A DNA stretch of 64,000 bases, taken from the NCBI GenBank assembly GCA_964518765.1, contig CAZFJC010000009.1:29584-93583 (forward strand), written 5' to 3'. This DNA comes from an uncultured bacterium (GTDB lineage Bacteria > Edwardsbacteria > AC1 > EtOH8). Positions 31,201 to 39,946 of the stretch are shown piece by piece. The notes beneath the pieces were generated by a model that was given only the letters and a program-made list of their open reading frames with translations, did not search any database and had not been told where the DNA came from. Position 1 is the stretch's first letter; every line of letters starts with the position of its first letter. A program made the translations under genes and the position numbers.

Positions 31201-32001
31201 TTACTCTTTTCTGAGCGAGAAATTCACCGGATACATTATCCATACTCGCACCGGCTTTCCGCCAGGCGCTAAAGCGGGGGTGAACAACATCTGTTTGCAT
31301 GCGTCAACAGCTGCCTTGTCCAGCAAAGAACTGCCTGAACTCTTTTCCACCTCGGCACGCATTACCTTTCCGTCCAGATCTAGAAGCAAGGTCAGATACA
31401 CTTTTCCCTGGATGCCGGCCGCTATGGCTTTTTCTGGGAAAACAACTTTAGCGTTCCTGATGATTTCAGGTTCTTTTTCAATGGGAACGTATGCGCCTTT
31501 ATCCGGTATTTCTTTAATTTCCGACTCCAAAGGGCTTTTTATTATCATCCTATCGAGTATGTTTTCTTTTTCCTTTTCATGAAGATACGTGCTATCGATT
31601 TTTCTAGTACTATCTTTTTTCCCCAGATAAGATGGTGTTGCGACCATGTCATTCTTTTCGTTACCTTTTTTTATCTGCCTTAAAGGCACATCCCATACTA
31701 AATCTTTTCCTCTTTCCAATTCGTAGCTGAAGTTATAAAGCTGGTATCCTTCTTTTCTCATCTGCGCTTTATAAAAACCAGATTTTAACTTAAGGGTACA
31801 AGGCGTTACCCCCATCTTCTTACCCAGTATTATAACATCAGCCCCCAATGGATCGCTTATAAAAACCATTGTGCAAATCATCGCAGCATCGGTAATCTTC
31901 CTGGAGCTTGGTGTTGCTTTTTCCCTCGCCTCTTTTGAAAGCTTGGCTTGCGCCACTGCCACAACAACCAGTAAAATGATAGCCAATAAACGTTTTTTCA
32001 C
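31201..32001 (-). CDS. secreted PEGA-domain plus TonB_C-domain protein (TonB C-terminal domain paralog without an N-terminal TM anchor)
   Basis: Signal peptide [19 protein letters not shown]; PEGA motif [18 protein letters not shown]; C-terminus similar to the TonB at 2714..3529; the gene is conspicuously AT-rich. Confidence 0.65.
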   Translation of the reverse strand: MKKRLLAIILLVVVAVAQAKLSKEAREKATPSSRKITDAAMICTMVFISDPLGADVIILGKKMGVTPCTLKLKSGFYKAQMRKEGYQLYNFSYELERGKDLVWDVPLRQIKKGNEKNDMVATPSYLGKKDSTRKIDSTYLHEKEKENILDRMIIKSPLESEIKEIPDKGAYVPIEKEPEIIRNAKVVFPEKAIAAGIQGKVYLTLLLDLDGKVMRAEVEKSSGSSLLDKAAVDACKQMLFTPALAPGGKPVRVWIMYPVNFSLRKE

Positions 32002-32022
32002 GTGCTCTGCCTTTTGGGTGCT

Positions 32023-32373
32023 TTAGTTGCTTTCATCCCAAACCTCGTAGGCCCTCCGCAGGTGCGGTATCACTATCGACCCGCCCACCACCAGGGCCAC
32101 GTTCATCACCTCGTCGAACTCGGCCTGGGTGACCCCGGCCTTTTTGCACTGCAGCACGTGGTAGGTGACGCAGTCCTGGCAGCGCAGCACCAGCGAGGCA
32201 CACAGCCCCAGCATCTCCTTGGTCCTAGCCGGCAGGGCGCCGTCCTTGTAGGCCGCCTCGTCCAGGTTGAAGAACCGCTTAAGGCCCAGGTGGCCCGAGG
32301 CCAGCACCCGCTTGTTCATGCGTGAGCGGTACGCCTCGAAATCCTTAATCTTATTTGCCATTTTTCGCCGCAA
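32023..32373 (-). CDS. carboxymuconolactone decarboxylase / AhpD-like family protein
   Basis: CxxC-containing AhpD core (CQDCVTYHV). Confidence 0.7.
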   Translation of the reverse strand: MRRKMANKIKDFEAYRSRMNKRVLASGHLGLKRFFNLDEAAYKDGALPARTKEMLGLCASLVLRCQDCVTYHVLQCKKAGVTQAEFDEVMNVALVVGGSIVIPHLRRAYEVWDESN

Positions 32374-32389
32374 AAAACGTACTTGGTTG

Positions 32390-32815
32390 CTATTGTTGCC
32401 ATTTATCGGGACCTAACCCCTCTATCCCCTTCCCTCGAGGGAAGGGGCGGGGTAATGTTAGTCTCTTATGATAATTCATGATTTTCTTTAAAACTCTCTC
32501 AAGGTCATTCACAACCTCATCGTTGCTGAAACGCCAGACGACGATGTCCTGGGTCTTTATTATCCTGTCCCTTTCCCTATTGTAATCCTTCTGCTTTTCA
32601 TGAACCCCGCCATCTATCTCTATCACCAATTTCAATTTGCTGCAATAGAAATCAGCAATAAAACCATCGATTATCTGCTGCCTGCGAAAATGCAGGCCAT
32701 TTAACCTATTATCCTTGACTGCAAGCCAAAAAGCATTTTCCGCCGGAGTCATTGACTTTCTATACTTTTGGGCCAGAGCCAGTTTGGTCCGAGTATATCG
32801 CTGATTGCGGATCAT
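32390..32815 (-). CDS. DUF559 (Vsr/PD-(D/E)xK-like endonuclease fold) protein, AT-rich; its C-terminus reads through a GC palindrome
   Basis: DUF559-like motifs (DFYC..KLVIEIDGGVH); the last ~15 codons are encoded by the flanking repeat. Confidence 0.65.
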   Translation of the reverse strand: MIRNQRYTRTKLALAQKYRKSMTPAENAFWLAVKDNRLNGLHFRRQQIIDGFIADFYCSKLKLVIEIDGGVHEKQKDYNRERDRIIKTQDIVVWRFSNDEVVNDLERVLKKIMNYHKRLTLPRPFPRGKGIEGLGPDKWQQ

Positions 32816-32881
32816 TTTTCTTACCTATCCCCCTGACCCCCTTCCCTCGAGGGAAGGGGGAGTAAAAGGGGGTTAGGTTCT
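32408..32881. mobile_element. small cassette of about 470 bp: imperfect terminal inverted repeats GGACCTAACCCCT...CCCCTTCCCTCGAGGGAAGGGG flanking the DUF559 gene (MITE-like or selfish-endonuclease element)
   Basis: Left 32408-32447 and right 32827-32881 are inverted copies; each contains a perfect 22-24 nt palindrome with a CTCGAG core; the interior is AT-rich, unlike the flanks. Confidence 0.4.
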
Positions 32882-32898
32882 TGAAAGCCTGCAATGCT

Positions 32899-34197
32899 TT
32901 ACCGAGAACGAGCAATGGCCGACTGCAGGTATTTCCCCAAACCTTCGCACTCCACCTTCTCCTGCGAGTTGGCTTTCAGATCCTTCACTATATAATTTCC
33001 GGACGATACCTCATCCTCCCCGATTATCACCGCGAACCGGCTGCCCTTCTTGTCGGCGTACTTGAGCTGCTTGCCCAAAGCGGCCTCCCCGGCGAATACA
33101 TCGCAATTTATCCCGGATTTGCGGATTTCTTCCGCCGCCTCCAGGGCAGCCCGGGCCGCCCCCTTTCCGAAGTGGCAGACGACTACCGGGGCCGCCGGAT
33201 CCTCACCCCCCTTTCCCAGCTCGGCCAGGGCAGCTGTCATCCTATCTATACCGAACGAGGCCCCGGTGGCCGGGACCTGTGTACCCGAGAAGATGCCGAT
33301 CAGCCCGTCGTAGCGACCGCCTCCGGCTATGGAGCCGATCTTGGGCTCCTCCAATTTGACCTCGTACACCGGTCCGGTGTAGTACCCCTGTCCCCGGGCC
33401 AAGCTGGGGCTGAATTGGATCTTCTCTCCAAGGTGGCCGACCAAGTTCAAGAGCTCCTCCATCTCGGCCAGCCCCTTTTTGCCGGCCTCGGTGCCGCCGA
33501 TCATCTTTCCCAGCTCCGCCAGCATGGCCCCGGCTTCACCCGACACCATGATGGCTTTGAGCACGTCTCCGGCCTTGGGGATGCCCCGCCGCTCCAGCTC
33601 GGCCGCCACTCCGTCCTGGCCCACCTTGTCCAGCTTGTCGATGGCGATGATGGCGTCCTTGGACTTGTCCGGCGGCACCCCGGCCGCCTCCAGTATCCCC
33701 TGGAGGACCCGGCGGTGATTTACTACTACTTTATAGCGTTCAAAGCCTGCCTCCCTGGTCCCCTCGTCCAGCACCGAGATCACCTGGGCGTCGGCCAGCA
33801 TGGAGTCCGAGCCCACCGCGTCGAAATCGCACTGGGTGAATTCCCGGTAGCGCCCCTTCTGGGGCTTCTCTGCCCGCCACACCCTCTGAATCTGGTACCT
33901 CTTGAACGGCTTGGGCAGGTCGGGATAGGCGGCCACCACCCGGGCCAGGGGAACGGTTAGATCGTAGATCAGACCCACATGCCGGTCGCCGTGGTCGCGA
34001 AAGTCGTACATCAGCATCTCCGACTCACCGCCCTCCTTGCCGGCCAGGGTGGAGTGGTATTCCAGCGAGGGCGTCTCCAACGGTTCGAACCCGTGGCGCT
34101 GGAACACGCCCTGGATGGCGTCCAGCACCTTGAGGCGGAGCGCCATCTCCCGCGGCAGCAGGTCGCGGAAGCCGGAGAGGACCTGGGGGGCCTTCAT
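32899..34197 (-). CDS. hisS: histidine--tRNA ligase
   Basis: GFRDLLP N-terminus; class II motifs; C-terminal anticodon-binding domain. Confidence 0.95.
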   Translation of the reverse strand: MKAPQVLSGFRDLLPREMALRLKVLDAIQGVFQRHGFEPLETPSLEYHSTLAGKEGGESEMLMYDFRDHGDRHVGLIYDLTVPLARVVAAYPDLPKPFKRYQIQRVWRAEKPQKGRYREFTQCDFDAVGSDSMLADAQVISVLDEGTREAGFERYKVVVNHRRVLQGILEAAGVPPDKSKDAIIAIDKLDKVGQDGVAAELERRGIPKAGDVLKAIMVSGEAGAMLAELGKMIGGTEAGKKGLAEMEELLNLVGHLGEKIQFSPSLARGQGYYTGPVYEVKLEEPKIGSIAGGGRYDGLIGIFSGTQVPATGASFGIDRMTAALAELGKGGEDPAAPVVVCHFGKGAARAALEAAEEIRKSGINCDVFAGEAALGKQLKYADKKGSRFAVIIGEDEVSSGNYIVKDLKANSQEKVECEGLGKYLQSAIARSR

Positions 34198-34565
34198 GGT
34201 GCCGGCTCCACAGTTTTTCTGAAGAATCTTATATGACCAATTATCATACCCGCCATCAAACCCGCGGCATTGAAAAAGAAGTCGGATAGGGAGACCGTCC
34301 TGCCCGGTATGATCTTCTCATGGAGCTCGTCGGCGGCGCCTACCGCCAGGCCGGCCGCGGCTACGGCTATCCAGACGGCCGTGCCTCCCCACTCAGCCAT
34401 CCTCACCGTCCTCAGGCAGAGTATGGCCCAGACCGCGTAAACGGCGAAGTGGAACACCTTGTCGGCGTTCGGCCATTTCGACGTGTCCAGGTTCGGGATG
34501 GAGGTGGCGGCCATCATCAGCCCCAGCCACAGCACCGGAGGCGCCCAGGCGGACAGCCTCTTCAC
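34194..34565 (-). CDS. VanZ-like family membrane protein
   Basis: Four hydrophobic helices; the C-terminal part is VanZ-like; GTG start at about 34565 chosen because the long ORF-track N-terminus (low complexity, R/G/P-rich) looks like overprinting. Confidence 0.45.
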   Translation of the reverse strand: MKRLSAWAPPVLWLGLMMAATSIPNLDTSKWPNADKVFHFAVYAVWAILCLRTVRMAEWGGTAVWIAVAAAGLAVGAADELHEKIIPGRTVSLSDFFFNAAGLMAGMIIGHIRFFRKTVEPAP

Positions 34566-35029
34566 CTTTGCTCCCCGCCCTCGACCTCGGCGAATACCTT
34601 GAGGACGTCGTCCCCGCTCCTGGCGGCCAACAGCCTGGCCCTCACCTCCTCGCGGTTCAGGAGCCGGGAGACCAGGGCCAGGGCCTTGACGTGGTCGGCC
34701 ACGATGTTCTGGGGTGTGGCCAGGAAGAAAAATATCTGCACCGGCAGGCCATCCAGGGAGCCGAAGTCCACCGGGCTCTTGGCCAGGCCGAAGCATCCGG
34801 CCATACGCTTGACGCCACGGGTCCTACCGTGAGGTATGGCCACCCCCTTACCGATGCCGGTGGACATCAACCCCTCCCTCTCCATGGCCGAGGCGGTCAG
34901 CTCGGCCGCGCTTTCGGCGATGCCGGCCTTGGCCATCAGGCCCGCCAGCTCTGAGATGATGGCCTCTTTGCTGGTGCCCTCTAGGGGGATCTTTATGCAG
35001 TCCTTACCTAGGATGTCGTCGATCTTCAT
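34562..35029 (-). CDS. ptsN: PTS EIIA (fructose/nitrogen type, PtsN-like) regulatory protein
   Basis: EIIA-2 fold; phosphorylatable His in the GKGVAIPHGR context. Confidence 0.8.
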   Translation of the reverse strand: MKIDDILGKDCIKIPLEGTSKEAIISELAGLMAKAGIAESAAELTASAMEREGLMSTGIGKGVAIPHGRTRGVKRMAGCFGLAKSPVDFGSLDGLPVQIFFFLATPQNIVADHVKALALVSRLLNREEVRARLLAARSGDDVLKVFAEVEGGEQR

Positions 35030-35131
35030 CGAAACCTCCGTCAGCTGATCCGATTTTCTTTTCCTGTCAGGCGAAAAACTATTTTCTGCTGAGCGCGGCC
35101 GTACCCGACACGGTATCGCTTCTGCCGCCGG

Positions 35132-36153
35132 TCAGCAGATCCTGGGTAGGTATTCGCCCTCCAGCATCAAAAGCGGCCGCCTGGTGCCGATGGCGGTCCT
35201 GAGCACCACGTCGCTCGGCCCCTCTTCCGCCCAGCCGATGACGGCGGCCCCAGAGCCAAGAGGATTTTTATGAATTTCCTCCCAGACCGCCGCCGATTTC
35301 TCCGGCGCCACCGCCGCCACCAAACGGCCCTCGCAGGCCAGGTAGAGCGCGTCCAGCCCCAGCATCTCGGCAGCCGCCCGCACCTCGTCCCTCACCGGTA
35401 TCGCCCGTTCGTCTATCTCCAGGCGCACCCGAGACTGCCCGGCCAGCTCGTTGAGGGTGGTGGCCAGGCCGCCCCGGGTGGGGTCGCGCATAGCCCTGAC
35501 GCCGCCGGCCAGGAGCATGGCCTTGGCCAGGGGCCAAAGCGGGGCCACGTCGCTTTCCAGTAATCCGCTCAACCCCAGTCCCAGCCTGGCGTTCATCACT
35601 GCTGCCCCGTGGTCGCCCACCGGCCCGCTTATGATGATGGCGTCCCCCGGCCTGATGGCCGAGCCCGACACCATGGCGTCCCGTTCGATGGCCCCGATCC
35701 CCGAGGTGTTGATGAACAGCCCGTCGCAGGCCTGGCGCTCCACCACTTTGGTATCCCCGGTGACGATGGTGACGCCGGACTCCGCGGCGGCGCCGGCCAT
35801 GGAGTCGGCCACCCTCTCCAGCTCTCTGACCGGGAAACCCTCGCCGATGATGAAGGAGGCGGAGACCCACCGCGGCCTGGCCCCCTTGGCCGCCAGGTCG
35901 TTGACGGTGCCGCACACCGCCAGCCGCCCGATGTCGCCGCCCGGAAAGAATAGCGGCTTGACCGTGTAGGAGTCGGCGGTGAAGGCCAACCGTTGCCCCG
36001 GATCGGGAGCCGGCAGCTCGGCCGCGTCGTCCCCCTGCTCCAGGGCCGGGTTGGCGAACCTGGAACGGAATATCCCGGCTATCAGCCGGTGCATCAAAAG
36101 GCCTCCCGACCCGTGGGCCAGGGTTATTCTGTCGCCCAGGTCTCCCATCACCA
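35132..36153 (-). CDS. hypE: hydrogenase maturation factor HypE (AIR-synthase-like)
   Basis: MVMGDLGDRITLAHGSGG N-terminus; C-terminal ...PRIC cysteine; the longer ORF-track start overlaps hypD and is rejected. Confidence 0.85.
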
Positions 36154-36167
36154 TTTTGCCGGCCTTT

Positions 36168-37268
36168 TCAACTTTTCCTACGCCCCAAACCGTATTTGTA
36201 CCAGGCGGCGCAAGCCCCCTCGGAGGAGACCATACAGGGGCCCACCGGGCTCTCCGGGGTGCAGCGTTTGCCGAACAGCCCACACTCGTCCGGCTCGATG
36301 GCCCCCATCATCACCTCTCCGCATCGGCAGCCCTGCGTTTCGGTGGCCGTGACGGTGCCCGTATCGAAAATTCTCGAGGCGTCGAAGCTTCCGTACTGCT
36401 TCCGAAACGCTAGACCCGATTCCGGCACCCGGCCTATAGCCCTCCAATCTGAATCGACCGCCATGAACACACTGTCCAAAAGCCTTAGGGCCTCGGGATT
36501 ACCCCCTTCGGGCACGCCCCGGACATACTCGTTTACTATGGCGGCCGGCTTTACGCCCGAGATCATCTCCAGCAGCAACACCACCGCCCCCAGGATGTCC
36601 AGCGGCTCGAAGCCGGCGATGGCCCCGGGCCGGCCGTGTTTTTTTACTATAAAATCGTAGGGTAGACTGCCGATGATGGCGGAGACGTGGCCCGGCAGGA
36701 GGAATCCGTCGATGCGCACCGCCGGCGATGATAGCACCAGCTCCAGAGCCGGGGGCACCAGTTTGAAGGCCGGATATACAAGGAAGTTCTTCAGATCCCG
36801 CCTTTCGGCCTCCAGCACCGCCGCCGCCGCGGTGGGCGAGGTGGTCTCGAACCCTACCCCGGCGAATACTATTTTTTTGCCGGGCGTGGCGGCCGCCAGC
36901 TCCACCGCATCCAGGCAGGAGTAGACCACCCGGATGTCGGCGCCTTCGGCCCTGGCCTGGGCCAGGCTGCCCCGGGAGCCGGGGACCCTGACCATGTCGC
37001 CGAAGGTGCAGAACACTACGTTGGGATCTCTGGCTATGGCCACCATCCGGTCGATGTCGCCCTGCGGGGTGACGCACACCGGACAGCCCGGCCCCGATAT
37101 CAGCTTCACCTGGGGCGGCAGCAGGGACCTGAGGCCGAACCTGGCGATGGCCATGGTGTGCGTCCCGCACACCTCCATGATGGCCGCCGGGGCCGTCGCC
37201 AGCTCCTTTATCCTGCCAGCCAGACGGGCGGCCAGCCCGGGGTCGGAAAAGCGCTCCGGAGCCATCAT
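36168..37268 (-). CDS. hypD: hydrogenase maturation factor HypD
   Basis: CGTHT, GPGCPVC and FxxxGFETT-like motifs. Confidence 0.9.
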   Translation of the reverse strand: MMAPERFSDPGLAARLAGRIKELATAPAAIMEVCGTHTMAIARFGLRSLLPPQVKLISGPGCPVCVTPQGDIDRMVAIARDPNVVFCTFGDMVRVPGSRGSLAQARAEGADIRVVYSCLDAVELAAATPGKKIVFAGVGFETTSPTAAAAVLEAERRDLKNFLVYPAFKLVPPALELVLSSPAVRIDGFLLPGHVSAIIGSLPYDFIVKKHGRPGAIAGFEPLDILGAVVLLLEMISGVKPAAIVNEYVRGVPEGGNPEALRLLDSVFMAVDSDWRAIGRVPESGLAFRKQYGSFDASRIFDTGTVTATETQGCRCGEVMMGAIEPDECGLFGKRCTPESPVGPCMVSSEGACAAWYKYGLGRRKS

Positions 37269-37489
37269 CAGGAGATGGTGATGCCGGTTTCCTCCAGCAG
37301 GCGGTAGGTCTCCTCGGCCTCGCGCTCGTCGATGCGCTGTATGGCGAAGCCGGCGTGCAGCAGCACGTACTCCCCCACCTTGGCGTCTGGCAACAGGGCC
37401 AGGCCGATGCGCCGCTTGAGCCCCCGGATGTCGGCCTGGGCCCGGTCGCCGTCAATGGATTCGATTCTGGCCGGAATTGCTAGGCACAT
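37268..37489 (-). CDS. hypC: hydrogenase maturation chaperone HypC/HupF
   Basis: MCLAIP N-terminus (conserved Cys2); 73 aa. Confidence 0.85.
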   Translation of the reverse strand: MCLAIPARIESIDGDRAQADIRGLKRRIGLALLPDAKVGEYVLLHAGFAIQRIDEREAEETYRLLEETGITIS

Positions 37490-37496
37490 TGAAGAA

Positions 37497-39821
37497 CTAT
37501 GATCCGTCTGCTTTTCGGTTTCCGGGATAAGACATTAGCGATAAGGCCGTCACCTGCCCCAGGGCCAGCCCGCCGTCGTTCGACGGAACCTGATGGTGGA
37601 TGAGCACGTGGTATCCGTTAGAACGGAGCCTCTCCCAAAGCCTCTCCAGCAGCAGGCGGTTCTGGAAGACCCCGCCGGACAGGGCCACGGTCCTGCATCC
37701 GGTACGTAATTTTATATTATCGCACATGGCTGCGGCAAAGTCAACGACAGTGTTCTGAAACCTGGCGGCGCAGACCGCGGTCGGGGTCGCATTTCCCATG
37801 TCGGCCGCCAGATCCCCCCAAAGCCTTTCCAGCTTGACCTGCCACGGGCCGGCGGCGGCGTCCAGGATGTCGTACCCGTACGACTCCCGGCATCCCTCGT
37901 CGGCCGCCGCCTCCAGGGCCATGGCCGCCTGGGCTTCGAAGCTTATATGGCGGCAAAGCCCCAGAGCGGCGCTGGCCGCATCGAAGAGCCGGCCCAGGCT
38001 GGAGGTCCAGGCCAGGTTGGCCCCACTCTCTATTTGCCTTCGGACCGCCTCAAGCTCGACCTCCGGGATCCCGGCCAGATATCCTGGGCGGCCAGGGCCT
38101 TTCAGGCTATGATGATAGGCGGCTGCTATCCGCCAGGGGTGTCTGATGCAGGCCTCGCCCCCGGGCAGCGGAAGATACTCTAAATGGCCGAGCCTGTCGA
38201 TCCTCTCTCCGTCGAAGTGAAGGAACTCCCCCCCCCAGATCCGGCCGTCGGCTCCGTAGCCGGTGCCGTCGAAGATCACTCCGATAGCCGGCCCCTGGTG
38301 TCCGTTGTCGGCCAGGACGCTCAGCAGGTGGGCGTGGTGGTGCTGGATAGCGGCCGCCTCAATCCCCAGGCTTTTGGCCCAGCGGGTGGTCAGGTAGTCG
38401 GGATGCAGGTCGTGGGCCACTGCCTGCGGCTCGATCCTGAACCAACGGCGGTACTTCTGGTACATCTCCTCTAGAAATTCCATGGTCTCCAGGCTGTCGG
38501 CCTCGCCAATATGCTGGCTGAGGAAGGCGGTTTGCCCCTGGGCCAGGCAGAAGGTGTTCTTCATCTGTCCGCCCACCGCCAGGCAGGGGACGACGGACCT
38601 GGGCAGCGGCACCGGGTTGGGGGCGTATCCCCGCGAATGCCTGACTATCTGGGCTACAACGTCTGCGCCTTCCTCCCTGCGGCCGCTGGTTTGAAAAACG
38701 ATGGAGTCGTCGTTGCGGTTGACGATCTCTCTGTCGTGCATCAAAAACAAGCCGGCGATTCCTCCCAATCTCTCCAGGGCCTGTCGGTTGTCGGCTGTGA
38801 TCGGCAAGTCGAGATCATTGCCTGAGGTCATCACCAATATCCAGCCCTTGGCGTCGATCTCCTCCAGCTTGCGGAACAGCAGGTGATGGAGTGGTGTATA
38901 GGGCAGCATCATGCCTATATAGCGGTTTCCCGGTGAGACTTGCTGCCCCGGTCCCCAGCCATCCTCCTTCCGGCAGAGGACGATGGGCGCTTGGGGCGAA
39001 CCCATGAGCTTTGCCTCGTGCTCGGTGATAAGGCAGGCGCGGCGGGCGGATGGCAGCAAACCGGCCATCAGGGCCAGCGGCTTGTGGGGCCGTCGCTTGA
39101 GCTCCCGGAGCCAGGCGACGGCCTTCTGGTTTTCGGCGTCGCAGCAGAGATGGAAGCCTCCCAGCCCCTTGACGGCGGCGATGCCGCCCCCGGCGACATG
39201 CTCGGCGGCAGCCCTTAGGGCCGCCGCTTGCTCGGCTAAAACCTTGCCGGTGCGGTCGCAGGCCCATATCTTGGGGCCACAAGCCGGGCAGGCATTGGGC
39301 TGGGCGTGGAAGCGCCGGTCGGCCGGGTCCTGGTACTCCCCTAAACATTCCGGACACATGGCGAATGGTGCCATGGTCGTGGCCGAACGGTCGTAGGGAG
39401 TGGCAATGATGATGGATAGCCTGGGCCCGCAGTTGGTGCAGTTGATGAAGGGATAGCCGAATCGCCGGTCGGCCGGATCCTCCATCTCTCTTAGGCAATC
39501 ATCGCAGACGGCGATGTCCGGGGAGATTCTGGTTGCCCCTGGTCCGGTGGCGCTATCTCGGATAACGAAGCCCTGGCGCCCTCCCGGGGTAATCTCGTCG
39601 ACCGAAATGGAATCGATCACCGCCTGCGGCGGCCTGCCATTGCGAAGCACCTGTTCAAAGCTTTCCAGCCGGCCCTGTTCGCCCTCGACCTCGATAGTAA
39701 CCCCGGCGCTGTCGTTCTCCACGAAACCTGCCAGGCCGTTCTCCTTGGCCAGCCGGTAGACGAACGGTCTGAAGCCCACCCCTTGGACTATCCCTTTGAT
39801 ATGAAATCGCTTCGCCTTCAT
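37497..39821 (-). CDS. hypF: carbamoyltransferase HypF
   Basis: Acylphosphatase domain, two CxxC zinc-finger pairs, YrdC-like and Kae1-like domains; start at MKAKRFHIKGIVQGVGFRP fits the promoter position. Confidence 0.9.
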   Translation of the reverse strand: MKAKRFHIKGIVQGVGFRPFVYRLAKENGLAGFVENDSAGVTIEVEGEQGRLESFEQVLRNGRPPQAVIDSISVDEITPGGRQGFVIRDSATGPGATRISPDIAVCDDCLREMEDPADRRFGYPFINCTNCGPRLSIIIATPYDRSATTMAPFAMCPECLGEYQDPADRRFHAQPNACPACGPKIWACDRTGKVLAEQAAALRAAAEHVAGGGIAAVKGLGGFHLCCDAENQKAVAWLRELKRRPHKPLALMAGLLPSARRACLITEHEAKLMGSPQAPIVLCRKEDGWGPGQQVSPGNRYIGMMLPYTPLHHLLFRKLEEIDAKGWILVMTSGNDLDLPITADNRQALERLGGIAGLFLMHDREIVNRNDDSIVFQTSGRREEGADVVAQIVRHSRGYAPNPVPLPRSVVPCLAVGGQMKNTFCLAQGQTAFLSQHIGEADSLETMEFLEEMYQKYRRWFRIEPQAVAHDLHPDYLTTRWAKSLGIEAAAIQHHHAHLLSVLADNGHQGPAIGVIFDGTGYGADGRIWGGEFLHFDGERIDRLGHLEYLPLPGGEACIRHPWRIAAAYHHSLKGPGRPGYLAGIPEVELEAVRRQIESGANLAWTSSLGRLFDAASAALGLCRHISFEAQAAMALEAAADEGCRESYGYDILDAAAGPWQVKLERLWGDLAADMGNATPTAVCAARFQNTVVDFAAAMCDNIKLRTGCRTVALSGGVFQNRLLLERLWERLRSNGYHVLIHHQVPSNDGGLALGQVTALSLMSYPGNRKADGS

Positions 39822-39851
39822 GTTGAAAATCCGCCTAGTGGCGGATTCATA

Positions 39852-39880
39852 ATTATACGACTGTCCAAACAAAATTTCAA
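39852..39880 (-). promoter_or_regulatory. near-consensus sigma70 promoter TTGAAA-N17-TATAAT for the hypFCDE operon; the leader contains the palindrome CCGCCACTAGGCGG
   Basis: Hexamers with exact 17-nt spacing, about 30 nt upstream of the hypF ATG; 14-nt palindrome 39831-39844 lies in the 5' UTR. Confidence 0.55.
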
Positions 39881-39946
39881 CCGGGTCAGGAAGGTTATAT
39901 CCGCCCCTTGCATAAGCGCCATGTTTGTGGTTTTTTGGGGGGAATT

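Noticed and set aside
36153-36283. Longer hypE start (ORF track 35132..36283)
   Set aside because: The 130-nt N-terminal extension overlaps the hypD C-terminus and is low-complexity. The canonical HypE N-terminus begins at MVMGDLGDR.
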